Assembly (NCBI GenBank): GCA_950072105.1
Contig: CATMOE010000068.1
Coordinates: forward strand, 1 to 17,227
DNA length: 17,227 nt
From: an uncultured Dehalococcoidia bacterium
GTDB taxonomy: Bacteria > Chloroflexota > Dehalococcoidia > Lucifugimonadales > UBA3495
Direction: 5' to 3'
Below are positions 17,137 through 17,227 of this stretch, one piece after another. The notes under the pieces were generated by a model. The model had not been told where the DNA came from. It worked only from the letters and a program-made list of their open reading frames with translations, and ran no database searches. The position numbers were made by a program, and so were the translations under genes. How positions within the stretch are numbered: position 1 is the stretch's first letter; each line of letters opens with the position of its first letter.

Positions 17137-17227
17137 CGCGCCACCAGTTAACTTTTTACCACCGTCCCCTTACCGAGACAAACAGCGTTGCCTGGTTGGT
17201 GAGAGCCGCCTAGATAGGCTGGGGTCA

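Noticed and set aside
16703..17227. Plus-strand ORFs 16653-16862 and 16995-17213, and a possible remnant at 16863-16994
   Set aside because: No recognisable family motif or RBS; the second overlaps repeat family 2.

Overview
Bacterial accessory or island-like window of mid-to-high GC. The gene set resembles marine Chloroflexota (Dehalococcoidia/SAR202-like), but this is inference only. Positions 1-1940 (minus strand) form a self-contained unit. A perfect TTGACA-N17-TATAAT promoter is followed by a SAM-clan riboswitch that appears to carry both the SAM-I peripheral domain (kink-turn, PK-1, P4) and the SAM-IV/SAM-I/IV domain (P5, PK-2). Then come a PK-2-coupled antiterminator/terminator and a chain of small unknown ORFs ending in a dual-specificity-phosphatase-like gene that runs off the window; no recognisable methionine gene is visible. 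The rest is a patchwork of catabolic and redox genes: a PcaD-like hydrolase lacking its catalytic Ser, an epoxide hydrolase, an amidohydrolase, a Mo-bisPGD oxidoreductase, a beta-propeller protein, a double-domain CMD protein, HpaB and a GMC oxidoreductase. These are mixed with gene remnants (Ser/Thr kinase, NHL repeat, frameshifted flavin reductase). Between them lie integration scars: two matching halves of a tRNA-Pro(CGG) 5.75 kb apart, three copies of a repeat with a tRNA-3'-end-like part and a conserved antisense peptide frame, and three copies of a second 82-nt repeat.
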